Shown piece after piece: positions 57,688-64,000 of a DNA stretch of 64,000 nucleotides. Every line of letters starts with the position of its first letter. Positions within the stretch are counted from its first letter, which is position 1. Both the position numbers and the translations under genes were made by a program. The DNA comes from Flectonema sp. DT1601 (Eukaryota): positions 620,001-684,000 of the forward strand of contig OZ025782.1 of assembly GCA_964019425.1 (NCBI GenBank). The letters run 5' to 3'. Below the pieces are notes generated by a model. The model saw only the letters and a list, made by a program, of their open reading frames with translations, did no database searches and was not told the DNA's origin.

Positions 57688-59243
57688 TTTTTGGTTTCTT
57701 TTTTCCCCTTCCCTTCTTTTTTTTAAATTGTTTTTTTTAAAAATGTGTATCCCAGCAGACTGAATGCTTGGTAGACAAGAAAGAAAGAGGAAACTCCAAG
57801 CACTGCACTGTAGTAATTAGAAATCACATTTTCAGTGAGCTGGCACCATTTATAGTAATCGCCCACGCTTTTGTGCTATGTGATTAGAGCTATTTGAGAA
57901 AACCGGCATTTTTTCATCAGAAAAAAAAAAAAAAAGTTGTATTTTGTCCTCATTGTAGGCTCTTGTTCAGAAGGGAACAAAATCTTTATATTAAAAAAAA
58001 AAAAAAAAAAATGAATAAAATAACACTAGATGTAACAAACTATAGGTGTGGCGTGACAATACAGATGATCTATGTCGCCGCCTTCCTTCTTGTTCCCCAG
58101 CCTCTGCAATCGTTGAGTACACTTTCAATCTTAGCCAATAATCTGAAAGAGTTAGAGAGTGGAAATCTCTGTACGACTGACATTCAAAGAGAATTTTAAA
58201 AGGCATCGCATGCCATACAATTATGTCTTCTTTTCCGTCGGTATGAGGATATTCGTCGACCGCTTTTTTGTGTTGAAACCCGAGGGAGGATTTTATATCT
58301 AAACAACAATGATGGTTTTCTCAGTCATCCAATAAATGATGCAGCCCCCGCACTGTGAAAGCGTACACTTTAGAATTTTGTTTTCTTTTTTTTCTTTTTT
58401 AGTTGGTGGTATGGATGATGTCCCCGAAAGGATTTCCAATTAGTAAGAGGAGGAGCCTTAGCTGCCTTGTCTATACCGCGATTGTTTTTTTTTCTTTTTG
58501 TAAAATAAATAAAAAAAAAAAATTAAAAAAAAAAAAAAGGAAACTTGGTGAGTGGAAAATGTAGCTTTTCTACTGTTGTCTTCAGAGGCTGCTGTTTTAA
58601 GCACATTTTTGTTGGCTAGTTTTTTTGTCCCATAAAATAAAAATAAAAAAAAAAAGAGGAAGAAGAATAAGAAAAGGAATAGTCACAAGATTTCGCGACA
58701 ATGATTGGAAATCCTTTTTTTTTTTCCCTTCATTCTTTTTCCACTCTTTTCTTTTAGTTGTTGTCTTTTCTTTCCCGGACTTGGCAACATAATTTTCGGT
58801 AACGTCTAGCCAAATTAACGGCAAGGCGTACTTGCTGTGTACCTAGTCAGGAAATGGAAAAAAAAAAAAATTGAAAAAAAAAAAGGAAGATAAAGAAATA
58901 AATAAAAAAAAGAAACCGAAAAAAACATTTCCTTTTTAAAATATTCTAACAACTAAAAAAAAAAAAAAAAAAAAAAAAGTTATAAAGACTGAGCCCATTG
59001 CGGACTGCTCTGGAACCTGCACCGAGACCTTGACATCTGAGTCTATTATTAGTATCTGTGACACCTTAATAAGAATATTGTTCTTTGATTTTGAATTTTT
59101 TAAATTTTCAATTGATCGTTTTTTATTAATAATTATTTCAAATAGGTAAATACCAAAAAAACTATACACAGAGTCTGATAAAGCATTTGATTCTTACAAA
59201 CGTCTTGCGTCTTAGTAACTTGTAGTTTTCCTCCTACAGAACT

Positions 59244-62147
59244 ATGTTTCTTAAAAAGATGATGTTGTTGGTGGGAATGTTACTGTCCACGGTATCTGCA
59301 ATGTTTACAGAGCGTGGAAATATAACGAATCTTCGTCAATCTGGTGCTGTTAGATATTTTGATGACGCGTACATATTTAAACCACAAAGTGGTCCTTCTA
59401 GTGGAGAGTTAGTTAGAATTGATGTCTCGAATAAGGATGCTCCAACAAGCATAGGCACAAAGCTTGTTAATACTCCATGGGTAGCGGCGAGGGATGATGG
59501 ATCAATAATTATATTTTGGAACCAATACGGATTCTTAACTTCATACGAGGGATTCACTAACGAGCTAGAAAAACTATATGTTCCTTTAGGATCTAGTTCA
59601 TCATGCCGCAGAGTGCAGTTAGAGTTTGGAACCTTGACCTTCTTTTCTAAGGCACTACTCACGATGTACAATGTATCAGATCCTTCAAGTATGACATTAA
59701 TCGAAGCGGTTGACTTGGGACGTGATTGTATACCTTTTGCACAGGAACATGGAATTAACAACTTTGTTTACTTTTCTGGAGGATTCGTATATTGGAGGGT
59801 CAGGACGTCAACAACAAAGATAGCCACAAGTGAGGTATCTGACTTTATTTTTCTGACTACCAATACTGTTTTTGCTGCTACAGATAATGGAGTGTTTCGT
59901 ATCACTCGAGACACTTCCGGTCAGCTTGAGATCTTCCCAACCGATATTACATCTAAGGCGACACAAATGAAGCTCGTAGGTACCCAACATCTAGTTGTTA
60001 GTACCGTCAGTTCAACTTTACACAAAATTCACATGGTGTCAGTTTCGAGTATTCCTTTTGAATTCAGAGTTCGCTCAGTGTATGATGTTCCCTCAGCCTT
60101 CTCCCCCGTCGCGGGATTTGATGTTCATGATCGTACGTTGTACATATCAAGTCCGGGAACGTTTTTGCTTGTTGACATTCCAACACCAACAGCGATTCCC
60201 ACCGCAATACCAACGGCGATTCCCACCGCAATACCAACAGCGATTCCCACCGCAATACCAACGGCGATTCCCACCGCAATACCAACAGCGATTCCCACCG
60301 CAATACCAACGGCGATTCCTACTGATATTCCGTCGACTGCTATTCCGACGGAGGTACCGACTACTATTCCGCCGACAGCAGTGCCGACGGCAATCCCGAC
60401 AGCGGTGCCGACGGCAATCCCGACAGCGGTACCAACAGCGGTACCAACAGCGGTACCAACAGCGGTACCAACAGCGGTACCAACAGCGGTACCAACAGCG
60501 GTACCAACAGCGGTACCAACAGCCGTTCCGACAGAAGCATCAACAGGAATCACAACGTCGGTCCCAACGGCCGTTCCAACATTGTCACCGTCTGTCACAC
60601 CGGAAGCTAAAGCAGCGAAGAAACAGACGAAAGAAGTAGCAGCGACTACTGGTGTCGTTGTCGCAATTGCCTCCCTGTTGGGAACAAGTGGAGGTAGCTC
60701 CGCTCCAGGACAGTCTCTGATTGTAGACGATTTAGAATGTTCTGATGAGATTGATGATGAAGAAGACCTTCCTCTAATATCACATCCTCTGCGATTTAGA
60801 ATTAACGGATTCGCTCAGTCAGGGGCGGTGGTTGGCAACCTGATATTATGCGCTGGCTCTCAGCTGTTCTTTTATGGACTCGTCAGTTTACTTGCTTACC
60901 TGAAGTACGGTACCAAATCAGACGATCCTGAACTCACACCTTGGGTTAGAGCATGTGCGGTTATTAGATACCCCTCGGTGGTATTTCCTCCTTCGCTATT
61001 CTTACTTCCTGGGACTCTAGAATCCTCTCTCGATATATTGTTTTCTCCTCGAGGAGGGGGGTTGGTGATCTTCATAGCGATTCTCGGATTAGTTAGTTGC
61101 TTGGGATTCACAGCATTCTTATACTATATCAGTTATGTTCCTGAAGCTACTTTGGAACCCATGAAACCAAGCAGCAGTTGGAAAGGATATTTATTCGGTT
61201 ACAGCAGTTGGGAGTCTTCAAGAAATATGTTTGTTGAAAGGCACGGAGTGACCTTTGACGTATACAGTCAATTACCATGGCTTAGGGGTAAATATTTTGC
61301 AGTCGAGGGTCTTTTGGTTTTCCCAGTTGCTATAATCGTCAGCGTTCGATCAGGGGTTTGGGGTGTTTGCATCGCCAAGGCCACTCTATTGATGTTGCTT
61401 TTATGTACTATGACGTTCGTTACTGTTTATTATAAAATATTTATTTCTCCTTTTTTACGTCATCTGATGGTCTTTACTCACAGTATGATGGCAATTGGAT
61501 TAGGGTGTCACATTATAGCATTTGCCCATCATAATTCAAAGCACGTATCCATTACGGTAGGTTTATACTTTTTCTTGGCTGCTATGGCCGGTTCTGTTAT
61601 ACGGGCTTGCTATGACTTGCTTACGTTTATTTCAGATACGTACAGTGGTTTTAGACGAGTTGATAAGCCGAGAAGAGCTGCGACTCAATCAAGATTACCA
61701 ACAGAAATGCTCACCACGTCAGAGAGAGGTAGCGATTCTTGTGATATTTTCGAAGTCATGGAGGTAGAAAAACTTATTGATCAGCCAATCGAATTGAGTG
61801 TTGGATCAAAGGATTCTGAAGGAGTTCTTATTGAAGAATTCAACGACGTTATTGCGAATTCTCGGAGCTACCACTCACCAATCCCTGCCAATGGTGAAAA
61901 CCTAACTGCTGATTTCCAACAGGTACCAAAAAAGCATCGCAGACGAAGTCGCAGCACTTTATCAAGAAATGTCGTAACGCCCAATTCAGATATCTCTGCC
62001 CCGAAACCAAGAAAATCGCGTAAATCTTCGTTTGTTGCAGTCTCTAATAATGAAGGTGATGGTCTTTTTCCACGTTCCCACACGCCTGTTCGTGGTGTTA
62101 AGAACCATGTTCCAAACAAAAAATCCCGCTCTCTCAAAATCATTTAA
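59244..62147 (+). CDS. Surface membrane protein: signal peptide, beta-propeller-like head, PTA(I/V) stalk, ~7 TM helices, basic cytoplasmic tail
   Basis: Hydrophobic N-terminus, IDVSNKDAPT and YNVSDPSSM strands, PTAI/PTAV repeats, HPL...GAVVGN followed by multiple hydrophobic segments. Confidence 0.8.
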   Translation: MFLKKMMLLVGMLLSTVSAMFTERGNITNLRQSGAVRYFDDAYIFKPQSGPSSGELVRIDVSNKDAPTSIGTKLVNTPWVAARDDGSIIIFWNQYGFLTSYEGFTNELEKLYVPLGSSSSCRRVQLEFGTLTFFSKALLTMYNVSDPSSMTLIEAVDLGRDCIPFAQEHGINNFVYFSGGFVYWRVRTSTTKIATSEVSDFIFLTTNTVFAATDNGVFRITRDTSGQLEIFPTDITSKATQMKLVGTQHLVVSTVSSTLHKIHMVSVSSIPFEFRVRSVYDVPSAFSPVAGFDVHDRTLYISSPGTFLLVDIPTPTAIPTAIPTAIPTAIPTAIPTAIPTAIPTAIPTAIPTAIPTAIPTDIPSTAIPTEVPTTIPPTAVPTAIPTAVPTAIPTAVPTAVPTAVPTAVPTAVPTAVPTAVPTAVPTAVPTEASTGITTSVPTAVPTLSPSVTPEAKAAKKQTKEVAATTGVVVAIASLLGTSGGSSAPGQSLIVDDLECSDEIDDEEDLPLISHPLRFRINGFAQSGAVVGNLILCAGSQLFFYGLVSLLAYLKYGTKSDDPELTPWVRACAVIRYPSVVFPPSLFLLPGTLESSLDILFSPRGGGLVIFIAILGLVSCLGFTAFLYYISYVPEATLEPMKPSSSWKGYLFGYSSWESSRNMFVERHGVTFDVYSQLPWLRGKYFAVEGLLVFPVAIIVSVRSGVWGVCIAKATLLMLLLCTMTFVTVYYKIFISPFLRHLMVFTHSMMAIGLGCHIIAFAHHNSKHVSITVGLYFFLAAMAGSVIRACYDLLTFISDTYSGFRRVDKPRRAATQSRLPTEMLTTSERGSDSCDIFEVMEVEKLIDQPIELSVGSKDSEGVLIEEFNDVIANSRSYHSPIPANGENLTADFQQVPKKHRRRSRSTLSRNVVTPNSDISAPKPRKSRKSSFVAVSNNEGDGLFPRSHTPVRGVKNHVPNKKSRSLKII
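60186..60533 (+). repeat. Coding 12-bp tandem repeat encoding PTAI/PTAV
   Basis: First block has a 48-bp higher-order unit; second block is perfect (CCAACAGCGGTA)n. Confidence 0.95.
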
Positions 62148-63283
62148 AAAACAGAGGAGACTAAGTCTGTTTACCTCCGTAGTTGTTTTTAGAATCGTTC
62201 AAGTTATTTCAAGAAAAAAAGGAAAAAGAAATGCGAAAAAGAAAACTAAACAACAAAAGAAAAGAAGGGAATAATTACCTTCACTACCGAGAAAAGGTTA
62301 AGACCACCGCTGCTTATTTCATTGTTAGGAATGCTCCGATCAGGTCGACCTCCTTCGAAAGTTTTCTTGCTGTGAATAAAAAAAAAAAAAAAAGGAGATA
62401 AATTAACAAGCATTGGAAGCATTCCGTTGCCTTTCCCAAGGCAATCAAGTTCCCCTTTTGATCTATCTAGCTTCTTTGTTTTCATTAATTAAGTTTCTTG
62501 TTATGTGCTATGGGTCAAAACAATGTATTTGAGATTTTCTGATAATAATAATCGTCGGCATGTTTCACTTCTGTTATTTCTTTATTTTTTTTATGAATTC
62601 GAATTTTAATTATTAATGCGTGAATCTCTTACGCTTCCAAGAAAAACAAGGAAGGGAAGGAAAGAAAGCAAAAACCCATTACTACGAACTGAAAATCTTA
62701 AATTGAAGAATTATTTTGAGGCACTTTTCACGTGCAGATTCCATTCTCAGCATTGCTCTGAGTACGCTTAAAGTAAAATTCCAGTTTGAGGAACGACTCT
62801 CTTTTAACGCAGTTGCTTTTAAGTTGGGAGAGTAGAAAAAAAAAGGAAAGAAAAAAAAAAAAAAAAAAAAAAAACTCATTTTCTGCTGTTTCCTCCATTT
62901 ATTTATTGAGAGAGAGGGAATGTGAGGAAGAAAGGAAACCCTGATAAAAAAGAAGGGGGGAGAAGGAAACTGTTTTCATAAAATAACAAAAAAAGAATGA
63001 TAACATTGTGTTACTTTTGGGCAGGCCCTTATCAACATTGCTCACGGTTGCTTGAAATAAATTTCGATAAAATTGAAGAGCTACTCTCTTTTAATTAAGC
63101 GACAGTAAGTCAACCGTTTTTTTGTTGATCTAAGAAAAAAAAACAATAATTTTTCTTCTTTGTCAGTTTCAGTTGTGTTTGTAAAAAAATGTTACCAAAA
63201 AAAAAAAAAAAAAAAAAGGTCGACTGTCAAGTTGGCCACAGAAAAAAAATAAAATAAAAATAAAAAATAAAACTTCCTTGTAA

Positions 63284-63413
63284 GAGTAAGTAACTATGAC
63301 TCTCTTAAGGTAGCCAAAATGCCTCATCTTCTGACGCACATGAATGGACCAATGAGATTCCTTCTGTCCCTACCTACTATCTGGCGAAACAGCAGTCAAG
63401 GGAACGGACTTGA
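63284..63413 (+). pseudogene. Decayed fragment of eukaryotic LSU (28S-type) rRNA, helices ~69-72
   Basis: GTAACTATGACTCTCTTAAGGTAGCCAAAATGCCTC...GACGCACATGAATGGA...GAGATTCC...CTGTCCCTACCTACTATCT..CGAAAC..CAGTCAAGGGAACGGACTTG matches the conserved LSU core with indels; the flanks are not rRNA. Confidence 0.9.
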
Positions 63414-64000
63414 AACTGTCACAAATATCCATATATAATGCAGACAATTCCCTGTAATGTTTTTATATAGAGATTATCCCTTTTGTATTGTGTTACTGAA
63501 ATCAATAATCCACGACACTTTTGTGTGAAACCAACTGCGACTCTGCCTTCGCCACTGAATAGTTATGAGGGATGAGGGTCCGATATTATTAGGTACAAAA
63601 AAAAAAAAAAAAAAATTCAAACCATTTAATGGTATCTTTTCGGGTTAGGTTTTTTTTCGTCTGTTTTTGTTTATGTAACCGGTGCAAGCGTACTGCTTGT
63701 TATTAGTATTCTCGGAAATAGTTTCTTTTAATTACTAGATCTATCACATTGTGAACGTCATTTACTTCGCGGCTCTTGTGCGAGTGTAACGCAGTCGAAA
63801 GCCTTTCGTTTTTATTTTTCCTTCTCTCTCCTTCAGCGAATATTGCAATATATTTTTTTAAAAATCTATACTCTGTAAAGGTTCTCTGGTATTTGTTTCC
63901 CAACTCACGGAAAAAAAAAAGTAAAAAAAAAAAAAAGTTAATTACTATTTATTATATTGTGGAGCCTTTTGCGACATTTGCGTGTGTTTACGTCAACTAA

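Noticed and set aside
58200..58480. Several TGATG motifs suggestive of C/D snoRNAs
   Set aside because: No properly spaced CTGA D boxes, terminal stems or rRNA-complementary guides could be identified by eye
59995..60639. Alternative-frame ORFs (QQRY and GTAV repeats)
   Set aside because: By-products of the 12-bp PTA repeat
2880..63240. Abundant poly-A/poly-T tracts as retroposon tails
   Set aside because: Ubiquitous background in this genome, with no shared upstream body or target-site duplications seen

Overview
AT-rich eukaryotic nuclear DNA, most likely from a euglenozoan of the diplonemid type. This is an inference from four things: all 21 supportable genes lie on the + strand, short GT(A/T)TG...AG introns are present, U-rich AG acceptors sit just upstream of start codons, and one protein has an MLRR-type mitochondrial presequence. 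The genes, in order, are: M3 oligopeptidase; PPR-TrmB (PPR-TGM) fusion; ankyrin protein; NDUFAF7; a miniature syntaxin; SPRY protein; coiled-coil repeat protein; LRR protein; a ~3500-aa protein with ~31 tandem Tudor/SH3-like repeats fused to a DZIP1/Iguana module; PDX2; a ~1890-aa protein with bacterial-adhesin-like repeats; a SHIPPO/STPG-repeat protein; a secreted EGF/beta-propeller protein; two tandem racemase-like paralogs; a TTLL; SAM and PH-like proteins; PrimPol; a DYRK1-class kinase; and a PTA-repeat multi-TM surface protein. I reconstructed 14 introns by hand, each restoring a reading frame. Most have a U-rich 5' part and an A/C-rich 3' end with no polypyrimidine tract, the opposite of the U-rich acceptors ahead of start codons. 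A decayed ~130-bp LSU rRNA fragment containing the R2/I-PpoI target sequence lies near the end. No tRNA, CRISPR array or intact transposon was recognised. All product calls come from motif recognition by eye; no searches were run.
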